A DNA stretch of 64,000 nucleotides from Alphaproteobacteria bacterium (GCA_965205265.1 CBDBGH010000003.1:928001-992000), one strand, 5' to 3'. Positions 1-9,589 are shown, counted from the first letter of the stretch. Notes: generated by a model from the letters alone, not told the origin. Numbers and translations are program-made.

Positions 1-285
1 GGCGTGATGGGCGCCTGGGAGCCGAACCGGCAGGCCGCGCACGAGATCGGCATTCTGATCGACGTGGTGGCCGAGACGCCGGAGATCGCCGAGGCGGTCT
101 GCGGGCTTGCGCGCTCGACCATCCTGCATGTGCCGTTCGAGGGCAGGCGCGCCACGGCGGGCAATATCGCCTTCCCGTTCTCGCCGGCGGAGATTCCGGC
201 AGGGCCGGTCTATGAGTTCAACATCTACCACCTGATGGAGATCGACGAGCCGGAGACATTCGGGCGGCTGGAATGGCTGCAGTGA
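1..285 (+). CDS. C-terminal part of AtuA-like (acyclic terpene utilisation/DUF1446-type) protein, 5'-truncated by window edge
   Basis: Frame open from position 1; C-terminus RATAGNIAFPFSP...VYEFNIYHLM is typical of the proteins that precede DUF4387 genes. Confidence 0.6.
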   Translation, partial: GVMGAWEPNRQAAHEIGILIDVVAETPEIAEAVCGLARSTILHVPFEGRRATAGNIAFPFSPAEIPAGPVYEFNIYHLMEIDEPETFGRLEWLQ

Positions 286-596
286 GGACGCTGGGCGAGG
301 TCGCGGAGGTCGTCCGGTCGAAGAATGCCGGGCCTTTCATCGTGACCTTCGACATTCTGTTCGAGACGGAGGAGGCCTTCGAGGCGGTGCGCGCCGCCGG
401 GCTGTTGAGCCGGCAGGCCGTCTGCGGGCTCTACGGCGTTTCCGACAACGAATTGCTGGGCTTCGACTTCTATCCCTTCGCGCGGGCGGTCAAATTCTCG
501 CTCAGGCGTCCCGTCGGCTCCGGCGGTCCGCGCGATGCGGATGTCTATGGCGCGCAGCAGCACGCCCCCCTGCTCGACCTCGCCGTCCTGCCCTGA
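282..596 (+). CDS. DUF4387 domain protein
   Basis: VRSKNAGPFIVTFDILF and DVYGAQQHAPLL motifs; GTG overlaps upstream TGA (GTGA). Confidence 0.8.
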   Translation: MRTLGEVAEVVRSKNAGPFIVTFDILFETEEAFEAVRAAGLLSRQAVCGLYGVSDNELLGFDFYPFARAVKFSLRRPVGSGGPRDADVYGAQQHAPLLDLAVLP

Positions 597-599
597 CCG

Positions 600-1442
600 C
601 TACCTCGCGGCGATGGCTTCGCTGGCGGCCCAGAGGCGTTCCTGGTCCTCGACCGAGAGCGAGGCGGCGGAGGAGCGCGCTTCCTTGCCGCCGGAGAAAT
701 AGCGCCCGGTCACGCCCGCCAGCGCCGGGTCGGAGGCGAGGCGGATGTTGAGTTCCGCCCCCTCCTCGACGCCGACGGCGCCGATCATGCGGAAGCCGAG
801 CCTGAGCGCATTGCGGAACAGCCATCCGTTGTTGCTGCCGAAGCGGCTTGCGACGACGCCCGGATGCAGCGCGTTGACCGTGACCGGGCTGCCCTCCAGC
901 CGCCGCGCCAGCGCGTAGGCGAACATGATATTGGCCAGCTTCGAGCGGCTGTAGGCCACGCGCGCGCTGTAGCGGCGCTCGCATTGCAGGTCGTCGAAGT
1001 CGAGTTCGGCCCGCCGGTGGGCAATGGAGGCGACGGTGACGATGCGCCCCGCCTCCGCCGCCCTCAGCCGGTTGAGCAGCAGGTTGGTCAGCAGGAAATA
1101 GCTCATATGGTTGAGCGCGAAAGTGGCCTCGAGGCCGTCCGCAGTCACCTGGCGGCGCGAGAAGATGGCGCCGGCATTGTTGACCAGCACATCCAGCCGG
1201 TCCGCGGACTCGGCCACAATGCGTGCGAGGCGGCGGTTTTCGTCGAGCAGCGAGAGGTCGGCGCGCTCGAAGCGGACATCCGCGCCGGGAACCTCCGCCC
1301 GGATCGCCCGCGCCGCCTGCTCGCCGCGCTGCGGATTGCGGCCGACGATGGTGACGGCCGCGCCCTTCTCCGCGAGTGCGCGGGCGGTGACGAGACCGAT
1401 GCCCGTGGTGCCGCCGGTGACGAGTGCGGTCTTGCCCTGCAT
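600..1442 (-). CDS. SDR family oxidoreductase (retinol dehydrogenase-like)
   Basis: TGGTTGIG, NNAG, YSRSK catalytic motif, LHPG. Confidence 0.9.
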   Translation of the reverse strand: MQGKTALVTGGTTGIGLVTARALAEKGAAVTIVGRNPQRGEQAARAIRAEVPGADVRFERADLSLLDENRRLARIVAESADRLDVLVNNAGAIFSRRQVTADGLEATFALNHMSYFLLTNLLLNRLRAAEAGRIVTVASIAHRRAELDFDDLQCERRYSARVAYSRSKLANIMFAYALARRLEGSPVTVNALHPGVVASRFGSNNGWLFRNALRLGFRMIGAVGVEEGAELNIRLASDPALAGVTGRYFSGGKEARSSAASLSVEDQERLWAASEAIAAR

Positions 1443-1492
1443 GGAGCCGGAGTTTACAGGCTGGAAGCGGGATCGGGAACGAGGAGGTTGTC

Positions 1493-2752
1493 ATGGTTCT
1501 GGAGCGTGTCGCAGCAGGCGTGGACGAGGCCGGGCTCTGGAAGATGCATGAGGAGATGGCGCGGTTCGGCGCGACGGCGAAGGGCGGCGTGTGCCGCGAG
1601 GCGCTGATGCCGGAGGATTTCGACGCGCGCCGCACCTTCGCGGAATGGGGCCGGGACGCGGGTTTCTCGCTCGCCGTGGACGCCATCGGCAACATGTTCC
1701 TGCGCCGCGAGGGCGCCGACCCGGACCTGCCGCCTGTGACCACCGGCTCGCATCTGGATTCGCAGCCGACCGGCGGGCGCTTCGACGGCAGCTTCGGCGT
1801 GCTCGCCGGGCTGGAGGCGCTGTTCGCGCTGGAGCGCGCCGGCGTGAAGACGCGCGCGCCGGTCGAGGTCGTCAACTGGACCAATGAGGAAGGCGGGCGC
1901 TTCGTGCCGGGCGTGATGGGCTCGGGCGTCTATGCCGACCCGCCGACGCTTGCCACCATGCTGGAAGTCCGCGACAGGGCCGGCGTCAGGCTCGGCGACG
2001 AGTTGGAAAAGCTGGGTCCCTTGCTCGCGTCCGTCGCTCCGGTCGATGAGCGGGCGCTCGCCGCGCCGATGGGCGCCTTCATCGAAGGGCATATCGAGCA
2101 GGCGCCGCGCCTGGAGGAGACCGGCAACACCATCGGCGTCGTCACCGGCATACAGGGCACGCGCAAATTCCAGGTCGAGGTGATCGGCGAGGAGGCCCAT
2201 GCCGGCACCACGCCCCGGCGGCGGCGCAAGGATGCCGTTCTGGCGGCGGCCTGCATGGTCCAGGCCCTGCACCGCATGATGGAGGACGCCGACGACCTGC
2301 TGCGCTTCACCATCGGCGCCTTCGAGGCCTTTCCGGGCGCGCCCTCCGTTGTGCCGGGGCGGGTGCGCTTTTCGATAGACTTCCGCCACCCGGACGATGC
2401 GCTCCGCGCCCGCCTGGGAGACCGCATCCTGCCGCTTTGCGAATCGCTGGCCGGTCCGTGCGGGGTGCGGATCGAAGAGCCGCAGGCGGCGTCCTCGGTC
2501 GATTTCCACGGGGCGGCGATCGAGGCCGTCCGCCATGCCGTGGAGATCGTCGGCGCATCGCATATGGACCTCTATTCCGGCGCCGGGCACGACGCGCGCA
2601 ACATGGCCCTGCTCTGTCCCTCGGCCATGGTTTTCGTGCCCTGCGAGAAGGGGATCAGCCACAACGAGGCGGAAAACGCGAAGCCCGAAGACCTCGCGGA
2701 AGGCGCAAGGGTGATCGCGGTCGCCATTGCCGAACTCGCCGGCGCCCATTAG
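1493..2752 (+). CDS. M20 family Zn-dependent hydrolase (N-carbamoyl-amino acid/allantoate amidohydrolase type)
   Basis: GSHLDSQPTGGRFDG, NEEGGRF, EGHIEQ, HAGTTP, SGAGHDA, GISHNEAE; GAGGAGG RBS before ATG 1493. Confidence 0.9.
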   Translation: MVLERVAAGVDEAGLWKMHEEMARFGATAKGGVCREALMPEDFDARRTFAEWGRDAGFSLAVDAIGNMFLRREGADPDLPPVTTGSHLDSQPTGGRFDGSFGVLAGLEALFALERAGVKTRAPVEVVNWTNEEGGRFVPGVMGSGVYADPPTLATMLEVRDRAGVRLGDELEKLGPLLASVAPVDERALAAPMGAFIEGHIEQAPRLEETGNTIGVVTGIQGTRKFQVEVIGEEAHAGTTPRRRRKDAVLAAACMVQALHRMMEDADDLLRFTIGAFEAFPGAPSVVPGRVRFSIDFRHPDDALRARLGDRILPLCESLAGPCGVRIEEPQAASSVDFHGAAIEAVRHAVEIVGASHMDLYSGAGHDARNMALLCPSAMVFVPCEKGISHNEAENAKPEDLAEGARVIAVAIAELAGAH

Positions 2753-2808
2753 CCGGGGCCGCATCGCATCGAATCCAGAAACCACCTTACAGCACCGGGG
2801 TGCACATC

Positions 2809-3729
2809 ATGGTTCAACACGCCAATGAACGGGTCGCCTACCACAATGGCGAGATCAAGCCCGAAAGCCGGGTGCTCATCTCCTTCCGCGACCGGGGATT
2901 CAAATATGGCGAGGCGGTGTTCGACACGGCGCGCACGGTGCGGCACAAGCCGTTCAGGCTAGAGGAGCATATCGACCGGCTCTACCGCTCGATGCGCTAT
3001 CTCCAGATCGATTCGGGGCTAAGCCCGGAGGAGATGCTGTCCATTTCCCATGAGGTGCTGGAGCGCAACTTGCACCTCATCGCCGCGGACGAGGACTACT
3101 GGCTGTTCCAGCGGGTCAGCCCCGGTGTGGCCGACCCCTTCCTCAGCGACGGCGAGGCGCGGCCCACGGTCATTGTCGAATGCACGCCGCTGCCGCTCAG
3201 GGCCCGCGCGCCGCTCTACCGCGACGGTGTGCGCGTGCAGATACCCGCCACCCGGCGCACGCCACCGGACGCCGTCAGCCCCAGGGCCAAGACGCAGAAC
3301 TACATCAACCTCCAGATCGCCGACCGAGAGGTACGCGCCCAGGACCCGCAGGCCTGGGCCATTCTGCTGGATCATGACGGCAATCTTGCAGAGGGGCTCG
3401 GCAGCAACATCTTCTTCGTGCGCGGCGGCGAGCTGTTCACCCCAAGGGCCAGGTTCGTGCTGCCCGGCATCAGCCGGGAGACGGTAATCGATCTCGCCGG
3501 CGCGGAAGGCATCGCTGTCCACGAGACGGACCTCGACCTCTTCGACGCCTTCACCAGCGATGAATGCTTCCTGACATCGACGAGCCTGTGCATGGTGCCG
3601 GTCGCATCGGTCAACGGGCGCAGGATCGGCGAAAGCGGCCTTCCCGGACCGGTGACGGCGCGCCTCATGGAAGCCTACAAGCGGCTTCTCGACTTCGACT
3701 TCGTGGCGCAATACACCGACAGGCTGTAG
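2809..3729 (+). CDS. class IV PLP-dependent aminotransferase
   Basis: DRGFKYGEAVFDT, FRLEEHIDRL, AKTQNY (PLP Lys), EGLGSNIF, LPGISR. Confidence 0.9.
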   Translation: MVQHANERVAYHNGEIKPESRVLISFRDRGFKYGEAVFDTARTVRHKPFRLEEHIDRLYRSMRYLQIDSGLSPEEMLSISHEVLERNLHLIAADEDYWLFQRVSPGVADPFLSDGEARPTVIVECTPLPLRARAPLYRDGVRVQIPATRRTPPDAVSPRAKTQNYINLQIADREVRAQDPQAWAILLDHDGNLAEGLGSNIFFVRGGELFTPRARFVLPGISRETVIDLAGAEGIAVHETDLDLFDAFTSDECFLTSTSLCMVPVASVNGRRIGESGLPGPVTARLMEAYKRLLDFDFVAQYTDRL

Positions 3730-3737
3730 CGCGCCGG

Positions 3738-3814
3738 TGGCGACCCCGGCAGGACTCGAACCTGCGACCTACGGATTAGGAATCCGTCGCTCTATCCGGC
3801 TGAGCTACGGGGCC
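3738..3814 (-). tRNA. tRNA-Arg (anticodon CCT)
   Basis: Reverse complement GGCCCCGTAGCTCAGCCGGATAGAGCGACGGATT-CCT-AATCCGTAGGTCGCAGGTTCGAGTCCTGCCGGGGTCGCCA: 7-bp acceptor stem, D arm, GTTCGA T loop, encoded CCA, 77 nt. Confidence 0.97.
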
Positions 3815-3955
3815 GCGTCCCCGGCTTCGTAGAAAACCGCGCTGGGCCGGTCAAGCGTCCCGGCAGCGGGGCTGCGGTTGAATTGGAGTCTTGGCGCGGC
3901 GTATCGTCGATCCGACCGTCGCTTCGGCGTCACCCGACTGGGACAGGGAAAAGAG

Positions 3956-4558
3956 ATGAAGGTGTATTTCGCCCCCGGCTCGCGTGCGGTTCGCACAGTC
4001 TGGCTCCTGGAGGAAATCGGCAAGACGTACGACCTGGTGCGGTTCACGCTCGGCCAGAAGGAGATGCGCGGCCCCGAATACACCAGGATCAATCCGAACG
4101 GCCGCGTGCCGACCCTGGTGGACGGCGACACCACTGTCACGGAAAGCACGGCCATCGCGCAGTATCTGGGCGCAAAATACGCGCCGGAACTGACCCCCGG
4201 CCCGGACGCGGCGAATTTCGCAACCTACCTGCAATGGCTCCACTATGCGGAAGGCATGATCATGCCGCCGATCAACAACTATGTGGTCGAGACGATCCTG
4301 CTTCCGCCGGAGCGTCGAAACGATGAAATCGCTGCGCGCTCGTTAAAGCTGCTGAACCGGACGCTCGGCGCCGCCGAGGCGCATATGGAGGGGCGGGATT
4401 TCCTCGCAGGCGACTTTACCGTCGCAGATACGATTACCGGTCATGCCGTCATCATGTCCCGTCGTCTCGGCGCCGATTTCAGTGCGTGTCCGAACCTTGC
4501 CGCCTATGCCGACCGGCTCGAAGCGCGGAAGGCGTTCAAGGCTGCGGACTCGGCTTGA
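3956..4558 (+). CDS. glutathione S-transferase family protein
   Basis: YFAPGSRA, INPNGRVPTLVDG, ESTAIAQYL, FLAGDFTVAD. Confidence 0.9.
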   Translation: MKVYFAPGSRAVRTVWLLEEIGKTYDLVRFTLGQKEMRGPEYTRINPNGRVPTLVDGDTTVTESTAIAQYLGAKYAPELTPGPDAANFATYLQWLHYAEGMIMPPINNYVVETILLPPERRNDEIAARSLKLLNRTLGAAEAHMEGRDFLAGDFTVADTITGHAVIMSRRLGADFSACPNLAAYADRLEARKAFKAADSA

Positions 4559-4618
4559 CGACCCGCCGGCGCCGCTCGCAGCAGCCCGATCGGGGCGATA
4601 AGGGCAAATCCGGCGCGC

Positions 4619-5833
4619 TCACCCGGGCCCGGCCCACCAGTCCCGGGGCCGCAGCCGCCTGGCCCGGCCGGACCGGTCGTCGAGCCAGAGTGCCAGCCGG
4701 CGCAGCGGTGACAATGCGAGGCGGAGCCAGAACCGGTTGGCCCGGCGGCGGAAATCCCGGTTGAACGGGCATACCCTGAGGCAGATTGCGCAGTCGGAAG
4801 CCAGCTTCGCCCAATATCCGAAGCACTTCTCCGCATCCGAGGTCCATTTCACCACGCCCTGGATGGCGGACCGGTTCGGGCGGTCCGCGTTCGGCGGGCC
4901 ATAGGGCAGGGCATTCGCGGGGCAGGCATCCGCACAGCGCGTACAGATGGAACAGAACTCTGCAACGCCCAGCCTGCGCGGGGCGTCATGAGCGAGCGGC
5001 AGGTCCGTGAATATCTTGGAGAAGCGCAGGCGCGGGCCCGTCTCCGGAGTTATGACAAGCTGGTTGCGCGCATATTCGCCGAGACCGGCCTTGAGTGCAT
5101 AGGGAATGGCGAGCGCCGTGTCGTTCATCGAGGCGACCGCATTGTAGCCAAGTGCCCTGATATAGGCCGCAAGCTGCATGACGATCGCTGCCTCATGGCT
5201 GTATTCCCGCCCGGTCGCGGCCCCGGCAAGCGCGGAAGGGTAGGTCGCCACAAGCCCCTCATCCATCTCGTGGCCGAGCACGACGACATGCTCCAGGCCC
5301 TCGGGCAGGCCGACGGGAGCTTCGGTGAAGTCCCGCACATCCACCCGCGACTCATAGGTCCAGCGTTCGTCGTATTCCGTGATGCCGCATAAGCTGGCGC
5401 CGAAGAACCGGGCGACCTTCTTGATCTCGGCCGCCATGGCGTTCCGGTCCTCGACGGCGACCTTTTCGACAACGACAGGCGTGTCGTCGGAGATCGCCGC
5501 CTGGAATCCCTCGCGCCGGCCCTGTTCTATATGACGGTTGGTTATCAGGTCGGAAATCAGCCAGGAGGCATTGCGGAGGGCGAAATCCCTCTGGTTGAAG
5601 CCGTCGCCCCGGCGTGCGGTGAAATCCGCCCGGTAGGAATGGAAGAAGGCGTCCGACTCCTTCGTGCGCACCCGCTCGTCCCAGAAGGCGCGGGTGAAAA
5701 CATCGTTTATCTGCCGGAAAGGCGTGAAGTCCGCCGTCGTCTCAATTCCCGCCGCCACATCGCTTTCGGCGTAGCGCCGCCGCCAGCGCGCGCGGCGCTC
5801 TTCGAGGCTTTCCTCGTTCCCGGGCCAACTCAT
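4619..5833 (-). CDS. reductive dehalogenase-like (RdhA domain) protein with two [4Fe-4S] motifs; no TAT signal
   Basis: IKKVARFFGASLCGI, AGLGEYARNQLVITPETGPRLRFSKIFTDLPL, CSICTRCADACP, CFGYW...DCAICLRVCPFN. Confidence 0.8.
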   Translation of the reverse strand: MSWPGNEESLEERRARWRRRYAESDVAAGIETTADFTPFRQINDVFTRAFWDERVRTKESDAFFHSYRADFTARRGDGFNQRDFALRNASWLISDLITNRHIEQGRREGFQAAISDDTPVVVEKVAVEDRNAMAAEIKKVARFFGASLCGITEYDERWTYESRVDVRDFTEAPVGLPEGLEHVVVLGHEMDEGLVATYPSALAGAATGREYSHEAAIVMQLAAYIRALGYNAVASMNDTALAIPYALKAGLGEYARNQLVITPETGPRLRFSKIFTDLPLAHDAPRRLGVAEFCSICTRCADACPANALPYGPPNADRPNRSAIQGVVKWTSDAEKCFGYWAKLASDCAICLRVCPFNRDFRRRANRFWLRLALSPLRRLALWLDDRSGRARRLRPRDWWAGPG

Positions 5834-5866
5834 CGGGACAAGACTACCGCATTTCCGGCCGGGGCT

Positions 5867-6472
5867 TCAGTGCCCGACACTGGCGAATCCCTTGCCCTCC
5901 TCGTCGAGCGCTTCCGGTGCGCGGCCAAGCCAGCGCGCCGAGATGGCGCGCCAGGTTGCGAGCCGGCTGAAGTCGGGAGGATCGGCGAGGGTGTCGTCGT
6001 CGTTGAGGAACGGGCTTGGAAAGAAAACGGTGAGGCCGTTCTCGCCCTTGCCGTTCCACATCTCGAAGCCCCAGCTAAGCGGTTTGGCGTCCCTGTCGAA
6101 GCCCCGGAATATCTCCGCCCGGGAAGGCCTGCGGTGCGCGCGGAGCGCCGGGCCGGTGGGGCTGGCGGACGAGCCCCGGTTCTCACCGATGCACAGATGG
6201 AAATGCCCGCCATTGCCGAACATCACCGTGAGATAGCCGTCGAAGAGGCTTATCCGCTTCGGCGCGCCGGGGCATTTCCATTCGTAGGCCGCGCCCTGGA
6301 TCATCGGTCCGAAGCGGATGCCGGCCCAATGGCTCTCGAACAGGTCGCGGAGGAACGTTTCCAGAAACGCTTCCTCAAGCGGCAACGCCCAGGCCTCCCG
6401 CGCCAGGGAGCCGTCTTCGCGATAGCGGCTTTCGCTCGGTTCCGGCGCGATTGTCCGGCCTGCGCCGTCCAT
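5867..6472 (-). CDS. hypothetical protein (GHFHLCIGE motif)
   Basis: 201-aa ORF with protein-like composition, GGGAGG RBS, co-oriented 33 nt upstream of the RdhA-like gene. Confidence 0.7.
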   Translation of the reverse strand: MDGAGRTIAPEPSESRYREDGSLAREAWALPLEEAFLETFLRDLFESHWAGIRFGPMIQGAAYEWKCPGAPKRISLFDGYLTVMFGNGGHFHLCIGENRGSSASPTGPALRAHRRPSRAEIFRGFDRDAKPLSWGFEMWNGKGENGLTVFFPSPFLNDDDTLADPPDFSRLATWRAISARWLGRAPEALDEEGKGFASVGH

Positions 6473-6511
6473 GTCGCTCGGCCTCCCGGCGCTTCATCGC
6501 AGGAAGTTCGT

Positions 6512-6520
6512 ACTATAACA
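6512..6520 (-). promoter_or_regulatory. candidate extended -10 element (TG-N-TATAGT) for the 6472/5833 genes
   Basis: Minus strand reads TGTTATAGT about 40 nt upstream of ATG 6472 in otherwise GC-rich DNA. Confidence 0.4.
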
Positions 6521-6607
6521 CTCCGCGCCCGACTTCCCGGCTCCAGGCGCGCGGCCTGCGGCAACAGCCCCGTTTCCTCCGCCGTCATGTCGTGAAAGGG
6601 TCGGGCG

Positions 6608-7519
6608 ATGGGCGCATTTCTCGAAGTGGCGCTGCCGGCGTTCCTGCTGGTCTTTGCCGGCGCGGCGGCGGCGCGGGCCGGCTGGATCGACGAGGCGGGC
6701 GGCAAGGGGCTGAACGGTTTCGTCTATTACCTCGCCATGCCGGCCGCGCTGTTCCGGGCGGCGTCGGAGGGCGCGCTGCTCCAGGGCTTCGACTGGCGGC
6801 TTGTCGCGGCCTATTTCGGGCCGACGCTGGTGCTGCTGGCGGCGGTCGAGGCGTTCGGCCGCCGCGCCCCGGTCGAGGAACGCGCGCTCACCGGCATGGG
6901 AGCCTGCTTCTCGAACAATATCTTTCTCGGCATGCCGGTGATCGTGGCGCATATGGGCGGAGCGGCAGCCGGCCCGATGACGGCGATCATCGCCTTGACC
7001 ACGGTGCTGTTCATCGGCCTGCCCGTGTTGCGGATCGAGACGGCGAGAGGCAGGCGGGGCGCCGCCGCGGCCGCGCTCGGGCGCGTGGCCGCCAACCCGC
7101 TTCTGGTCGCGATTGCGCTCGGCACGCTTTGGGCGCTTCTGTCCTGGCGCCTGCCGGGACCTGCCGCCGCGGCGGTGGACCTGCTGGCGGCGGCCTCTTC
7201 TCCGGCGGCCCTTGCCGGCCTCGGCGCGGCGCTCGCCGCCCACCGCATCGCCGGCGACCTACGCGACAGCACGGCGTTGTGCGGGTTCAAGCTCATCGCG
7301 CATCCCGTCATGGTGTGGCTGGTCGCGGGTGCGGTCGGGCTCGGTCCGTTCGAGACGGCTGTCGCCGTGCTGGCGGCGGCAATGCCGGTCGGGGCCAATG
7401 TGTTCGTGCTGGCGCAGCACTACGGCATTTACGAGCGCCGCGCCTCTGCGGCGGTCGTGCTTTCGACGCTCGCCGCCATGCCGCTTTCCGCCCTGCTGAT
7501 GACCGTCTTCCGCCCGTGA
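6608..7519 (+). CDS. AEC family (auxin efflux carrier-like) transporter
   Basis: Hydrophobic 303 aa; FVYYLAMPAALF, FSNNIFLGMP, NPLL, KLIAHP, AAMPVGANVFVLAQHY. Confidence 0.85.
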   Translation: MGAFLEVALPAFLLVFAGAAAARAGWIDEAGGKGLNGFVYYLAMPAALFRAASEGALLQGFDWRLVAAYFGPTLVLLAAVEAFGRRAPVEERALTGMGACFSNNIFLGMPVIVAHMGGAAAGPMTAIIALTTVLFIGLPVLRIETARGRRGAAAAALGRVAANPLLVAIALGTLWALLSWRLPGPAAAAVDLLAAASSPAALAGLGAALAAHRIAGDLRDSTALCGFKLIAHPVMVWLVAGAVGLGPFETAVAVLAAAMPVGANVFVLAQHYGIYERRASAAVVLSTLAAMPLSALLMTVFRP

Positions 7520-7526
7520 ACGGCTT

Positions 7527-7895
7527 TCAGCCGTCCCGTTCGAACATGCCGAGCTTGAGGTCGAGGCCGGCGCCGAGCCAGAGCGCGCGGTCGCGGTGGT
7601 CCAGCAGGTCGTCGCCGGCATTGGGATGCACCAGCACGATGAGCCCGTCGCGCTCCAGCGCCAGCCAGGGCACCAGCTCCGCGAAGACACCCGGCTGGAA
7701 GGCGATCTGGAAGCTCCACATCGGATGCGGCCCGACCGGGCGCTCATGGAAGCGCCCGACCGTCACCCTCTCGCCGAATACCTCGCCGACCCGCTGCTTC
7801 AGGTCCCAGGCGCGCGTCTTGGTCGCCTGGTCGAAATAGACATGCGCGTGCCAGCTCTCGATGGCGGCGGCGCTGTCCGGCGCTGTTTCGCTCAT
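7527..7895 (-). CDS. DOPA 4,5-dioxygenase family protein
   Basis: WHAHVYFD, RPVGPHP, LVHPN, DHRDRALWLG. Confidence 0.9.
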   Translation of the reverse strand: MSETAPDSAAAIESWHAHVYFDQATKTRAWDLKQRVGEVFGERVTVGRFHERPVGPHPMWSFQIAFQPGVFAELVPWLALERDGLIVLVHPNAGDDLLDHRDRALWLGAGLDLKLGMFERDG

Positions 7896-8812
7896 GCTTT
7901 GCCCAGATAGATGTCCACGATCCGGCCGAGCAGCGCCAGCGCATCCTCGCGCGGGCGCTGGAAGGCGTTGCGGCCGACGATGGAGCCGGTAGCGCCGCCG
8001 TCCCGGAGCTGCCTTATCTCGTTCAGCAGGCCTTCGGTGTCCCGCGCCTCGCCGCCGGAGAAGACGACCATGCGCCGCCCGTTGAAGCAGGACTGCACGA
8101 CATGGGCGGTGCGCGCCGCCAGCGTATCCACCGGGATTTCCCGGTCGCGATAGACCTTCGCCGCCGTGTCAAGTTCCAGCGCCCCCGTCGGCGGCTTCAC
8201 CTTGATGATATGGGCGCCGAGCAGGCAGGCCATATGTGCGGCATAGGCGCAGATATCGACCGCCGTTTCTCCCTCTTTCGAGAGGCCGCCGCCGCGCGGA
8301 TAGCTCCAGACCACGACCGCAAGGCCCGACGCCTTCGCTTCCTCCGCCAGGTCGCGGATTTCCTCCATCATCTCGAACTGGTCGTCGGAACCCGGATAGA
8401 TCGTGAAGCCGATGGCCGAGCAGCCCAGCCGGAGCGCGTCGGCGACGGAGGCCGTCACCGCCTGGTCCTTGAGCCGCGAGAGGCTGTTGGCGCTGTTCAT
8501 CTTCAGGATGGTCGGGATCTGGCCGGCGAAACTGCCGGCGCCGGCCTCGATCATGCCGAGCGGCGCGGCATAGGCGGACAGTCCGGCTTCCAGCGCCAGA
8601 TCGAAATGGTAGTGCGGGTCGTAGGCGGGCGGATTGGGCGCGAAGCTGCGCGCCGGCCCGTGCTCGAAGCCCTGGTCCACGGGCAGGATCACCAGCTTGC
8701 CGGTGCCGCCGAGCCGGCCCTGCATCAGGATGCGGGCGAGGTTCGCCTTGACGCCCGGGTTATCGCTCTCATAGCCGGAGAGGATGGTCCTGACCGTATC
8801 TGTGATGCGCAT
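7892..8812 (-). CDS. fbaB: class I fructose-bisphosphate aldolase (DhnA/FbaB type)
   Basis: ILPVDQGFEHGPARSF, WSYPRG, GAHIIKVK, GSIVGRNAFQRP. Confidence 0.9.
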   Translation of the reverse strand: MRITDTVRTILSGYESDNPGVKANLARILMQGRLGGTGKLVILPVDQGFEHGPARSFAPNPPAYDPHYHFDLALEAGLSAYAAPLGMIEAGAGSFAGQIPTILKMNSANSLSRLKDQAVTASVADALRLGCSAIGFTIYPGSDDQFEMMEEIRDLAEEAKASGLAVVVWSYPRGGGLSKEGETAVDICAYAAHMACLLGAHIIKVKPPTGALELDTAAKVYRDREIPVDTLAARTAHVVQSCFNGRRMVVFSGGEARDTEGLLNEIRQLRDGGATGSIVGRNAFQRPREDALALLGRIVDIYLGKA

Positions 8813-8872
8813 GAAGTCCGCTCCCGGTTCGCTGGCTGGCACGGGCTCGATTACGCCGCCCGCAAGGCGATT

Positions 8873-9538
8873 TCAAGACCTCCGGGCCGGGCGCAGGAAT
8901 GCCATTTCCTGCTCGGCGAGATCGGCCGTACTGCCGGTCCAGGCATAGACCAGAAGCGTCGGCTCCAGCGCGCAGGTGGTGATCTTGTGGTCGAACTCCG
9001 GCGTGTTCAGGATCATCGAGCCGGGCGTATAGACCGCCACGTCGTTCTGCGACATGGCGCCGGAAATGCAGATATAGCTTTCGGTCACGCCTCGATGCGC
9101 ATGGCTGGGGTAGATCGTGCGCGGCGCGAACAGGACGCAGCCGAGCACAAGATCGTCCGCCATCACCGGCCCCATGGGCCCCATGAACTCCGCATAGGCG
9201 TATTTCTCGCCGAGCTTGCCCGGCATGACACGGTAGCCGTAACGCCAGACCAGGTCGGGCGTGACCGTCTCGACGGAGCGCACCAGAGCCCCCGGGCCGA
9301 ACCGCTTGCCGTTGTCGATCGCGCGCCCGAGATGGGCGCAGACCGGCTTGGTCCTCGGCCGCCGCTCGAGCACGAACGGGTTCTGCGCGATGGCCCGGTT
9401 GAGCCGCTGGCGCACCAGCCGGTGATGCGAACGGATCGGCCGGCTGCCGCCCGAGGAGCTGTGGCGATAGACCCAGTAGATTTCGTTGAGCAGGTAACGC
9501 CAGTCGGGGCGGTCGTTGAGCGTGGGCGCGAGCACCAT
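8873..9538 (-). CDS. dddL: DMSP lyase, DddL-type cupin
   Basis: N-terminal PDWRYLL...SGGSRPIRSH, WRYGY...KYAYAE, VLFAPRTIYPSHAHRGVTESY, PGSMILN...HKIT...EPTLLVYAWTG match the DddL pattern as recalled. Confidence 0.75.
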   Translation of the reverse strand: MVLAPTLNDRPDWRYLLNEIYWVYRHSSSGGSRPIRSHHRLVRQRLNRAIAQNPFVLERRPRTKPVCAHLGRAIDNGKRFGPGALVRSVETVTPDLVWRYGYRVMPGKLGEKYAYAEFMGPMGPVMADDLVLGCVLFAPRTIYPSHAHRGVTESYICISGAMSQNDVAVYTPGSMILNTPEFDHKITTCALEPTLLVYAWTGSTADLAEQEMAFLRPARRS

Positions 9539-9589
9539 GACAGTCGCCCCGTTTGCATTGGCGGGAAGCCGTTCGTCCGGAATATACGC

